Assembly: GCA_000708835.1 (NCBI GenBank)
Contig: DF237468.1
Location: 1 to 64,000 of the forward strand
DNA: 64,000 nt
Reading direction: 5' to 3'
DNA from: Klebsormidium nitens
Taxonomy: Eukaryota > Plantae > Klebsormidiophyceae
In this document: piece after piece, positions 37,901-49,389 of the stretch
How the letters are laid out: the number at the start of each line of letters is the position of its first letter
Position numbering within the stretch: the stretch's first letter is position 1
Program-made: the position numbers and the translations under genes
The notes under the pieces: model-generated
Databases searched by the model: none
What the model was told of the DNA's origin: nothing
The model's input: the letters and a program-made list of their open reading frames with translations, nothing else

Positions 37901-40900
37901 GATCAGCAACGAAGACTTGGCGCAGGCGCTGCGGCTCGCGCATCAGGAGGTGGGTCTGTGAGCCGGTTTGAATGCGGACTTAAGATGTTTCTTCGCATCT
38001 AAGCTGAGTTCCCAAAACGGCTCGTGGCTCTTTCGTATGCGGTTTTCCAGAATTGAAAAGTTCTTGTGAAGTTGGTTGGAGGGTGGCATCAGAAGCGGTT
38101 CTTGGGTAGATTTGGATACGTGCGTTCAATTGGATTCCCACTCTGGAGTCGGATAGTAAAGCCAAGCCCCGAACGACGAATCCCCCCAGCCCCTCCCCAA
38201 GGGCTTTCCTACGGATGTCGAAGCTCCAAATGCATCCTTGGACAAGGCGATTACTTGGATATGCTTTTTACCACCAAAATTACGGTGTTCTCAACTCTCA
38301 GTCAAAAGCTGACATGCCGCTCCTTACAAACAGGCCCAAAGGTGTTCGGACGCAGAGCAGCGCCTGCCTCCGAGCGCCTTCCCTAAGCGTCTTACTCATT
38401 CTATGTCCAAACCCAGGAAAAAGCTGAATCTTCGGACGTCAACACTTGATTCCTCCCGTCCCTTCGATCCCTGAACGCCATTTGTTTTTGAGTTTGTTGT
38501 TTGCCACTTCTATCAACAGGCCCAAAAGTGTTCAACGCTTCAGTTACTTGCATCCTTCAGTCCCTTCCACCCCCTACATCTTCCTTCTCAGCTTCTGAGC
38601 TTACAAGATCCTTGGAAGTAACAAATGCTACTTTGTCAACAGGCTCAAAAGGTGTGGGATCATACTCCTAGCTTTCCATCATCTCGAGCTTACCATTTGC
38701 CAGTTGTTCCACAGGCCCAAAAGGTTCTGGACGTACAGCGTCGACTGGCGCAGCAGGTAAACCACGCGAAGCGGGAGCGCATGCTGGAAGAGATCTCGGA
38801 GGAACTGGTGGAGCGGATACGAGAAGCGGCGGGCGCCAAGATCTCCGCGATCATGGAGGACCCGTCGTATGGAAAGGTGGGGAATGTTCACAGTCTTTGG
38901 ATTTGAGTACGAGTAAACGTAATGAGAGTGTTTGCTGAAAGCGGACCGCTGGATCGCTGTCAGCGCTACACCGACTCGTTCCTCGCGAGTCGCAGAGGCC
39001 GCTGGAGACGTCACTTGGATATTAGCGCGAACTTTAAAACTTCGAACTTTACAACTTCTCGTTTCAGTCAACATCTGGCGGTTCTCAATCCAGATGTCAC
39101 TGGACCTGTGCTTTTCTCTTGGGGTGAACGTGTTGTGGTTTGGTTGGTCGTATCTCCTACCCAACTCGGTTTCAGCGTCTCGTGTCGGCTGCCTGTGCGT
39201 AACGAGCTCGTGGGAACATTTAAAAGTCTTTTCACAACACTGCGCCGCTTGCGATGATCCATGGTTTTGTTCCTTGCAGCAGGCGCTAACCATTTCCAAG
39301 GCTTCTTCATGAATACGTGGCTTGCTCTGAAGCCGAAGTAGCATGCCGGGAACGTCAGAGAGTGACGCGGCTTGCTCTGAAATCAAAACCGATTCAACAA
39401 ACGAACAAACATGAAAATCAAAGTCAAACAAAAGAACAAATTCTATCTACATTACAACAACAAACAACAACAAACCGCAGTAGCAAAAAATCAACGGAAC
39501 AGATAGTAACAAGTGAAACAAAATCAACAACCAAAAACAACATTGAAGAACAATTTCAAACTCAATCTTGTGCTTGTTCCTTGCAGCAAGAGCGGGGCAA
39601 GGCCCTGGCGGAGGTGGAGCAGGAGGTGAGGGCGCAGTTTGAGGAGGCGGGCGATGCGGACGCCGTCCAGAAGCTGCCCCTCGCGTTCGACGAGCTCAAG
39701 TGGCGGGTAAGCACTGTTTTTCCAGTATGAACGTGCGTTCGATGGCCAAAAGCTTTCCGCACCCAAAAAGCTCTTTGTCCGTTTTTCGAAGAACCTCCTA
39801 CCAGATTGTCCTTTGCCCCCAACATTTTTTCTCGCAGTCGGAAGGCCCTCATCGGCACACTTGCAGACTCGTCTTTTACGTTGTTTCTCAAGCTCCAATC
39901 TCCTTGCGCTTAGAAGGAGAGTACCGAACTTTCATGATCTCCTTAAGTTCCCTTCAGATCGTCCTTCCTGCCGCATCTCTTCGGCTGCCGCATCTCTTCG
40001 GATATCCATTGAAGGTCCGGCAAACTCTCCTTCCACATAACACAGCACTCATCAATACTTCCACAAACCTCTTCTTCCAGATCATCCGGCGCAACATCAT
40101 CGACCGGGGGGTCCGCCCCGACCACCGTCCCCTCGACCAAGTCCGCCCCATTCACTGCGAGGCCGACTTTCTCCCGGCCCTGCACGGGTCATCCCTCTTC
40201 TCCCGGGGTAACACTCAGGTGGTTTGCACCGTAACCCTGGGTTCCGTACTAGACGCGCAGAAGCTAGACACGATGGGCGGCCCGGATTCCAAGCGGTTCA
40301 TGCTGCACTACTCGTTCCCCCCGTATGCGACGAATGAGGTGAAGCGAGTTGGGGCGGTCAACCGACGGGAGGTGGGGCACGGTGAGTATAAATTTGGCTC
40401 TAAAGGCTCGGTTAAAGTTGCTTTTTCACTTGAACGGGTGAGTCTCCTGAGTGGCGCTGGGAAAAATCTCATGGACGTCTGGCGGATCACCCACGTTTGC
40501 TACTTCGTTATTGGACTGATTCGGGAAAGGACTTGGAAAGGGCACAGGTGAAGGGAACCGATAGGGATTGGCGGTGCTCATCTCAAGATGCTCCTATCAG
40601 CAGCAAGTCAGCTTCAGTTGTGGTGCTTCGAAGCAAACTACGCCCTTGAGTACGCGCGTTAGCTTCTGAGCTGCCTACTTGACAATCCCCATCTTATGGG
40701 CTCCTCTTTCCACTGGATCAAACGCTGACTTTGCCCGCTCCTGTTCAGACATGGTCTTTGCTAATCAAAATTAAACGCTGCCTTTGCGTGCTTCTGACCA
40801 GGCATGGTCTTTTTGCTGAACGAAGTGAGGCGGCTGACGTTGCGTGCTCCTGTTCAGGCATGCTCTCTTCGATGTCTAAAGAACGGATGCTGACGTCACG

Positions 40901-43900
40901 TGCTCTCGTCCAGGCATGCTCGCGGAGAAGGCGCTCGCGGCCGTGATGCCGGACGATGACGCCTTCCCGTTCACCGTCCGGGTGACGTCCGAATGCACAG
41001 CCTCCGACGGGTCGTCCTCCATGGCCACCGTCTGCGGAGGTGAGCCTGGGCTTTCCCCCTTTCATTATTCCAGTTCTCTTCTCCGTGCCGACTTCTCCAA
41101 TCACAGCGTTTTTGAAACGGTTCGTGGGTTTTGGATCGTCTCTTCACATCTCTGACCCAATTTTGGTGCCACAAAGATTGTTCTCTCTGCATTTTCAGAA
41201 CCAATCTGGTGCGATTGTCTGCGGAGAGGAGCCCGCAGCACTTGGACTTGCTTCTGACTCCGCCCCTTACTTGTCGTGGTCGCCTTCTTTCTTCCGCCTC
41301 GCCGGTCCTTTTCGGTAAATTTTACACGTCAAGTCATCCCAAGCTAAGGCCACACCGTTCTGTACGCTCTGACTTATCAGGGTTCCTTACTCATCCCCAC
41401 AACGAACCTTCGTGATTATGCTCTGAAACGGCATCAAAACTTCTCGAGGCAGCGTGACTGTGATGCTCTTCGCTTATTCGAAGCCAAAAGGCATTTCGCT
41501 CTCGCAGGCGGCCTTGGTCTCTCGACCAGCCTATGCTCGCATTTCAGAGTCGCACGGCCTTCTTTTTAACAATATCGACGAGATCTGACGGAACGCGCGG
41601 AAAGCCGACACGTACCCGTGGAAACGGCTAAACTGAAATCTAAAACACTCTTTCTGTTACAGGCAGCCTTGCGCTGATGGACGCGGGCGTGCCCATCACC
41701 AAACACGTGGCGGGCGTGTCCGTCGGACTGTTCACGGACACCGATGCCGACAACACCGTCCGAAATTACAAGCTGGTCACGGACATCGTGGGGTTAGAGG
41801 ACCATTTGGGCGACATGGATTTCAAGGTGGCGGGAACTAGGGACGGCGTGACGGCGATCCAGCTGGACATGAAGCTGCCGGGGATCCCCCTGGAGATCCT
41901 GGTGGAGGGGCTGGATGCGGCGCAGGATGCGCGACGCAAGGTGCAGTTTGGGGTTTTGGGTTATGATTGGCTTAGGATGTTCAGGGAGGTTTTGGTGCGT
42001 AGGGAATTTGAAGGTCTGTGGGGAAATTGGAGGTTTGGTATTCCGGACTTTAGGGACGATTCCTTTGGAGATTCAGAGATTCAGTTGAAGGGGCTGGGTG
42101 CGGCGCAGGACGCGCGACGGAAGGTGCATTGCCAAACCTGTCGTACTTTTGGATTGTGATGGGTGTGGATGTTGCTGACGGCTCTCTGATCCGTCAGGGA
42201 CCTGGCACTTTGGAGATTTCGGGTTTGGGGGTTTAGAGGTTAAAGGGGGTCCCCTGACAATTTTGGTGGAGGAGCTCAATGCGGCGCAAGATTCCCGGCG
42301 CCAGGTGCGGTTTAAGGTTCTGAGACAGGAGCTTTTGTGGCATCAGAATTCGTTTTGGACGTTTCGGGTTTGGGGTCGAGGCAGTTCCCGGAAGAGTCCA
42401 GTGGAGGGGTTCAACGCGGCACACGACGCACGGAGCAAGGTGCGGTATGTGGGTTTTGGTTTTGATTGGGGTATTCAGTTTTGGACTTCTCGAGCCGTTA
42501 ATACAACTGGTTCCCTGTGTTGACCGAAAGGTGCTTCGGTTTTAGCCTTGTATGTCCACTCCAAGTAATCATCCGCAAACGCTCAGGTGCTTGACACCTC
42601 TTATCACAAGCCGAAGGTTTTCAATACCCTCTCCAAAACAGCGATCTTCTTGGACTTTACTGTCGTTTTGGAGCGGTAGATTGTCAAGCCGTGGACCGTA
42701 ACCCACCTCTGAACCCCTCTGATGACACCTTCCATCACTGACCGCCCCTTTGCAACTCACTTCGATGACCCCAATTTCTTGCCAGGTCATTGCCGCGATG
42801 GAGCAGGAGATTGCAAAGTTGTGATTCACAACCATTGGTAAACATTTTCTGGTGACATGTCTCATCGGGTTTTCTTCCCTTTATTTACCCTTTTCGTTAA
42901 CCCATTTTGTTTTGCAGGTTATCACCTTGATGGAGCAGGAGATTGCGAAGCCGCGTGAGGTGCCCAAGGACTCGCACCCGCGCCTTGCGACGCTCCCGGT
43001 GGACCGGGCATCGCTCGGGAAAGTGATCGGGCCGCTCGGTGCGACCATCAAAGGCATCCAGGCAGAGAGCGGTGAGCGCCCTTCGGCTGTTTAGTGTTCA
43101 GGGTTTGAAACTGACCTAGAAACTATGCTCAACGGAGATTCTACAGAGTAGCGTAGACATTGCTCATGCTCTGCATTGAATTCGAGAAAAATAACAACGA
43201 GCCGAATGATAAGGTAACCGCACTGAGACGGGTAGGGTTAGTTTGGTGGTCAGGGTGGGTAAGGGTGCGGAGCAGGTATCTTTTTGGGTTGGGGTTTTAG
43301 GTGCTAGTCGGAGCTCGTTATTATTTTGGCTTATTATTATCTTTCTTGAGAAATATATGCTTTGCGGTATGATGCAGGGGCGCGCTTGAAGGTCGAGGAC
43401 GGCGGGGTGCAGATCTTCGCCAAAGACACGGCCAGCTTCAACCTGGCGCGGCATCTGGTACGGGTCTCTGCACTGTTGCCCCACGATTGTTTGTCCGTAT
43501 CCTCTTGACGTTCCTTTCTGTGACCATGTAACGTCTGGAAGTCAAGCCCACCGATAGTTCCTCACATGGTTTCTGTGCTTTTCCCCATACTTCTGAGCTC
43601 CCAAAGAACACGATTTAGCAATTTTGCGATTTTCCAGTGGCATTTGCATCAGTTAGTCAAAAGAACCTCGCGATACTTTCGAAAGGGTATTCCGGAATCT
43701 CACTCAGGGTGTTCTCTCTGTACTCTTTAATCAAAGCTGTGGAATGTGTCCCTAAAGCTATTCATTCGAGAAAGCAACATGCAACTGTCAATTGTATTGC
43801 GGATCTCCCCAGATCGAGATGGCGGTCGGGAAGGAGGCTTAGAGATCGGCTTGTTCTTTCTCCGTAAGTTCAAAGTCATCTAAGTGTTCCAGACCTGAGC

Positions 43901-46900
43901 GCAAGTTTGATTCATTCCTAACCCCTCCAGAATGAGATGGCAGTCGGGAAGGACGCGGAAATTGGCAAGGTGTACGACTCAGTCTGATCCTTTACTTCAA
44001 AACATCTCAACCTGCCAGACTCTTCCTAAACCTGGAAGCGATTCCGACCCGTTCCTTTTCTGGATTGCCCCAGATCGAGACGGCGGTCCGGAAGGACGTG
44101 GAATATGGCAAGGTGTACGATTCAGCTTGTTCCTCACCTCAAAGTCTTGCCATACATCCTCTTATACTTGAAAGCGATCCTAAAGCACTCCTAATTCCCT
44201 CAGATTGAGATGGCGGTCGGGAAGGACGTGGAGATCGGCAAGGTGTACGACGGCGTCGTGACGAGCGTGCGCGACTACGGCGCGTTGGTGGAGCTGGACG
44301 GGACGGGGGGGCAGGAGGGCCTGCTGCACATCTCGGAGATCTCAGAAAACAAGGTGGGTTTCGGATTGACGGGTTTTAGTGGTTCCGATTCGTCTATCTA
44401 GGGTTCAAGGTTTTCAGGTTTTATGGCGAAGGGGTTTTTCAGTCTTAAAGACGCTTAAGGAGAAGCAGGAGGGCCTGTTGCATGTATTGGAGATTTCGGA
44501 AAGGTGGGATCTCTAAAAACCCGAAACGAAAGACCCCTAAACTCGTCAAACCAGACCCCCGTGAAGATTTAAAATCGTACGATTAGAAAAACAGACAGTC
44601 CCTGAAAGCCCAGGCACCCTTGAGACCATGGTTAACGTGAACCGGCGCTTGAAAGACAGTGTTGGCCATACGCCAAGTTGCTTACGTCAGTAAACACGAC
44701 GCAATCCTCTGGCCGTTTGTTCTTATGGAAACTTGCTGTCATTTTTGTGATTCTAAAGCAGCTCCTTTTGTCGTCCGCGAGTCGAACGAGTCGAAGTTGG
44801 ATCAGTCCACTTGACACTAAAACCTATGACTCTCTGGTTAGATTCACGCTTGCCCTCATACTCTCTGCAGATTAGCCCAGTAAAAAACGCGTGTTCTTTC
44901 AACAAGCCGCCTTGCCGACCCCCTCATCTCTGAACCAACCCATGCACATCCTCTGGTCTGCAGATCAAGAGAGTCGAGGCCGTCTCTTTGCTCACATTCT
45001 CCCTTCCTAATCCCTACTTTTTGACGGCATGCACACATGTTCTTGCGCGAGATTGAGTGCTTCGAGGACGCAGATCCTCTAACAGTTCGCTTTGCCAGTT
45101 CCTAATTCTTCTCATGCCGTACGCCATTTTCTTGCCCGTTGAGCACGCGAGTCGGGGACGCGCTTTTACCTGACATTCCGTTCCACATCCGAACAGCTCT
45201 TATTGATGCACATTCTCTGCAGATCAAGCGAGTCGAGGATGCTTTCGCAACCAGCTCTTCGAACTTTCTAGATCGTCCATAACGCTTTGCTTCTTCGCCG
45301 ATCGAGCAAGTCAAGGACGCTTTCCAACCCTTCTGTAACCCTCTTAACCCATGCACGTCCTCTCGTCCTCTGTAACCCGCTCTTACCTATGCCTATCCTC
45401 TCGTCCTCTGTAACCCTCTCTTAACCCATGCCTACTATGTTTTCTGTAACCCTCTCTTAACCCATAACTAGTTACTCGGTCTCTGTAACCCTCTCTTACC
45501 CATGCCTATCTACTCGTCCTCTGTAACCCTCTCTTAACCCATGCACATCCTCTCGTCCTCCGTAACCCTCTCTAGAGCATGCTAATATCCTTTTGTCCTC
45601 TGTAACCCTCGCTTAACCCATGCCTCTCGTCTGCAGATCAAGCGAGTCGAGGACGTGATGCGCGAGGGCGACCGCGTGCGCGTCCTGTGCACGGGGCGCA
45701 ACATTCGTGGCGACACCCGGTTGTCCATAAAGGCCCTCAACCGGGCGGATTCCGCAGGCAGCAGCGACTCGGAAGACTATTCCCCGGGCAGTGACTCCGA
45801 TGCAAGCTCGTCTTACCGTAGTTCAAGGTGAGGATTCCGGTTATTGAAATTATAACCTGCCGACGGAACTGGAGATATTGGACTCGGAAGGGAATCTTTT
45901 GGAAAGGTGGGACTAAAATGAAATGGTCTTTGTGAGTGAGGTTGAAACTGCCACGCCTTTTGAGAAGATAGAGCACTTGGATTCTGGTGGGATTCAGAGT
46001 ATACGTCCCTTCCCTGGCCGGACTGGCGGAGAGTAAAGACCAAAACGAAACGTGAATCATCATTTTGGACTTTCATACTCCAGTTTTCGGGGGGACGGTC
46101 CATCCGGCGCTGAAAGGGGCGAGGGAGGGACCCCCCGGCGAGAGCCGACTCGGAGGATAACCGAAGATAACGTGGAGCTCGGGAAGACGTACCGGGCGAA
46201 GGTCGTGTCGGTGCGGGACTACGGCGCGTTTTTGGAACTAGAGACGGGAGAGCAGGGGCTGCTACACGTGTCGCAGATTTCGCACGGATTCGTAAGTCCG
46301 CGACCGCTGTGCTTGGAGTTTGTAGATTTGAGGGTTGTTTTGGTGTTGTGAACTTGGCGTCTTTCTGGATGCTGCTTCTCTGCACATTTCTTCGGTGCTT
46401 TGCCGGGTGGAGTGGAGTGCGTCGCAATCTTGTCGAGAGACGGACACGAGCACGAACTTTAAATACCGCCGAAAAATACAACTTCGGGGACTCCGCCCAA
46501 ATTAAACGGTCGTGCTCTTGTAATATCTACCACTAGATTCACGTTTCCTGTATGGGTCAGTGTCGCTGCAACATGTTCTGTTTGTACATCCGACTTAGAC
46601 ACATCTCAATTGGTGCGTGAACTTCTAACGACTCCACACTGCGCTTTCTACTCATGCTTGCCGAATGACCCACGTATGGTTTGAAGGAACGAGCCACACA
46701 GTTACATGACCGGCTTATTGTTGCCCCAGACTTAGCCGCAAAATCCAGAAAAGGGTGCTTTCGAGTTGACAAATCCGGATGCTGGAGCACAAACATCTCT
46801 TTACAAGGCGTTTGCTTGCCGAATCCGTGCTGTCTTGTCTTTGTCAATTACAAATTGCACGCGGGCCGGACGTCAATTTTCGTTGGTATTGGGCCGATAG

Positions 46901-47167
46901 CACGCCGTTTAACCTGTACTGCGTGCGGTTAGGTTCCTTGAACGCATACGATAGACTCTCAAGGATCTCATGCATTCTGCTTGTCGCCTGCAGATTACCT
47001 CGATCAAGGATCACGTAACGCTAGACCAAGAATTAGAAGTCGTTGTAGTGAAAGAGCCGAGAGATGGAAATGGGGTGACCTTTTCGCGGCTTCCCTTACT
47101 TCGGAAACCCCCAAAACGGACAACGAACTCTCCCATTGTCATTCCTGGAAGGAGGAACGAGTCCTGA
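34974..47167 (+). CDS. PNP2: Polyribonucleotide nucleotidyltransferase (PNPase), mitochondrial type, ~18 exons, two RNase PH domains + KH + two S1 domains
   Basis: Arg/Ala-rich presequence. [124 protein letters not shown]; S1 motifs [16 protein letters not shown] and [16 protein letters not shown]. Confidence 0.93.
36424..36479 (+). repeat. Dispersed intronic repeat family, copy in a PNPase intron
   Basis: ACCCGTTCCGCACTTGTACCCACCCCTAACCTCCATACCAACCCTACCCGTCCCAG. Confidence 0.7.
39385..39560. repeat. CAA/A-rich low-complexity tract in a PNPase intron
   Basis: Strongly A/C-skewed run (ACAACAACAAACAACAACAAACC...). Confidence 0.55.
41880..42450 (+). repeat. Tandem duplications (four units, ~135-183 bp) spanning a PNPase splice donor
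   Basis: Exon end ...GTGGAGGGGCTGGATGCGGCGCAGGATGCGCGACGCAAG/GTGC recurs in decayed form with donors at 41941, 42124, 42305 and 42440. Confidence 0.85.
43214..43278 (-). repeat. Dispersed intronic repeat family, copy in a PNPase intron
   Basis: Reverse complement TACCTGCTCCGCACCCTTACCCACCCTGACCACCAAACTAACCCTACCCGTCTCAGTGCGGTTACC. Confidence 0.8.
43800..44250 (+). repeat. Tandem duplications (four units, ~118-143 bp) spanning a PNPase splice acceptor
   Basis: CAG/AT(C/T)GAGATGGCGGTCGGGAAGGACG..GGCAAGGTGTACGA at 43813, 43931, 44074 and the functional copy at 44204. Confidence 0.85.
45331..45636 (+). repeat. Minisatellite, 8 copies of a ~38-bp unit (CTCTGTAACCCTCTCTTAACCCATGC..TCCTCTCGTC), ending at a splice acceptor
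   Basis: (T/C)GTAACCC cores at ~45334, 45371, 45409, 45445, 45484, 45522, 45561 and 45601, followed by CTGCAG/ at 45631-45636. Confidence 0.85.
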
Positions 47168-48250
47168 CAGGCCGGCGCACGCTTTTCAAGTGGAATTTTT
47201 TATTGTGACTGTTCGTTTCGATTGCCCGTCATACGTTTCAAGTTTAGTACTGGCTTGATGCGGTTAGGTTGTTCGATTTAATATGCTTGGGCAACGTGTA
47301 CTATATGCTCGACGAGGTGCTTGTAGATGAAGCCAGTACGTACGTTGCGAGGCAACTCAAAAACTCCATCATATATGCTCCATTTCTAGCTATAGAGTAT
47401 TAGTGTAACGCACCTGCTCTAGCCGCATACATATGCTAATGAATCCTGTAATATGCGCGACATTTAGTGCATACTGGATCGCCTATAGCTACATAGCATC
47501 GTTATGATGCGTATAAGTTTTTCAGGCGGGCGCGGCAGCCTAAGCGCTGTTGTCGAAAAGTTGCATCGAACCTCTGTGAAATACATCCTTATAGGCACAT
47601 GTAGAGGCCCATCATGGCATGGCGCAAATTAGATGGGCACTTTTGGACGTTGAAGATCATCAACATATGTCTTGGTTGGCAAACTATCGAGCGACAACAA
47701 CGAAGCAGCATGTCTAATCAAGTTTAGCCTGTGTGAACAAGTGACTGCACTGAGCGCACTAGCATAAGTACCGTGGTAGCTACTGTACCTAGAGAATGTT
47801 CTGGGCCCTGCTCTGACCGCACGCATGCGCGCCACCGCGCATAGCCTTACCGTACGCGCCCGCGCGGCCGGGCCACCCGGTAGGCCTTGCTTCGAGTCCG
47901 GCCCGAACAGTTGAAAAATAAGTCAACTCCGCCCTTGTATCTGATTCGACAGCAGACACGCAGGCAGTTCAATGCAAGGGTAGGGAATCACGTCCCGTCG
48001 AACATTCTGAACACGCTTTTCTCTGCTCTTCTCTAAAATCTCTGATTGGCTGCAAATCTCGAACGGATAGCCGGAGAGCCAGTCATTTTCCAGCGCCTCG
48101 CGAAGCAGGACGGTCAAGCCTGCTACACAGGGCTCTCTGAATCTTTTGCAGCATTGCAATTTTCGTCGTTCCCTGTTGTTTTTTGCTGTCAATACAGAGA
48201 TTTTCTCAAGGGCGCCAAGGAAGCTTCTGTGAGGTCAATCTTCGGGCACA

Positions 48251-49389
48251 ATGGCGTCCTCTGCTCTTGCCACCCGCAGCGCTGTGTCGCATGCTTCCCT
48301 CTCAAAGTCGTTGAACAAGGAGTTCACTGGGTTGAGGCCCCAGGCAGCTTTCGTGAAGGTGCCATCAAAGGTGAGCAATGTAGGTCCAAACCTTGAGTGC
48401 GGAGAAGGAATACAAGCAATTGAATTGGGTTGGCAGCTGTAGAGGGTATAAATTGCAAGTGGGAACTGAGAGGGTAGAGGTGTAAGGAGCGGAGTGTTGC
48501 ACAAGGCAAGAGCAGCACTACAGGATATAGCAAGTTCATTTTTTGGAATGCATATCAATGAAGATTGTAAGGTGCCTTTTTGTTTTTCTACTGTGCCCCT
48601 ACAAAAATCAGCAGGTTGAGAATGCAATTCCACAAGGGGTTTTCCAGGCGGAGGGCGGCGCAATGCTCTTGGAGATAAGGGATCAAATCGGTATTCAGGA
48701 CACATAGCTAGTTAATGTGCTCTTATTGTAACTGCTGTACACCCACAAGATGGAACTGAAATCTGGTCAACTGGATGCAGGCTCTTTACACCCCGAGCCG
48801 GAGGCAAGCACAGGGGGTGCAGTGCGGGTACTTGGGCTCCGCCACTAACCTGGTAAGTGTTGTCAGGCATTCCGTGCTAGGGCAACGAGTCAAGTTGCTT
48901 CTTTCTCTGTGACATGAAGCCCTATATGATATCTCTAAATGGTATGTGTAATGCTAATCCCCTGTTGTTCTCAACCGGAGTCCATGAGCTCAGGGGCGCC
49001 ATGTTCGATAACTGCGCTACCATTGACACCTCTGATTTCTTAGCAAGACTCAGGAACCGCCTACGTAGCGGACCGTCTTGCATTTGTACATTGCGCCTTT
49101 CAGATAAGAATGTACAGAACAACTGCCCTTCTGTTGACAACTCCAAGTGGTGGTCCTGCAGATCATGATTGGCTCTACCACTGCTCTCCTAGTCGCCGGC
49201 AGATTCGGACTTGCACCTTCAGCCAGCAGAACAGCCACCGCTGGGTTGAAACTAGTTGACCAGGACCCCGGTCTTTCCACTGGTGACCCTGCTGGGTTCA
49301 CAATCGCTGATGTGTTCGCTTCAGGCGCCCTAGGACACGTTATTGGAGTCGGGATCGTCCTTGGCCTCAAGGCCACTGGCGGCATCTAG
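48251..49389 (+). CDS. psaK: Photosystem I subunit K precursor, 3 exons (48251-48370, 48781-48852, 49162-49389), 139 aa
   Basis: Plastid transit peptide, then [30 protein letters not shown]...[31 protein letters not shown]. Confidence 0.95.

Noticed and set aside
41880-45640. CRISPR-like array interpretation of the regularly spaced repeats
   Set aside because: The units are degenerate whole-unit tandem duplications of eukaryotic exon/intron sequence, with no unique spacers and no cas genes.
44204-47167. Two S1 domains in PNPase as a novelty
   Set aside because: As I recall, plant mitochondrial PNPase already has two S1 motifs, so it was used only as support for the mitochondrial type.
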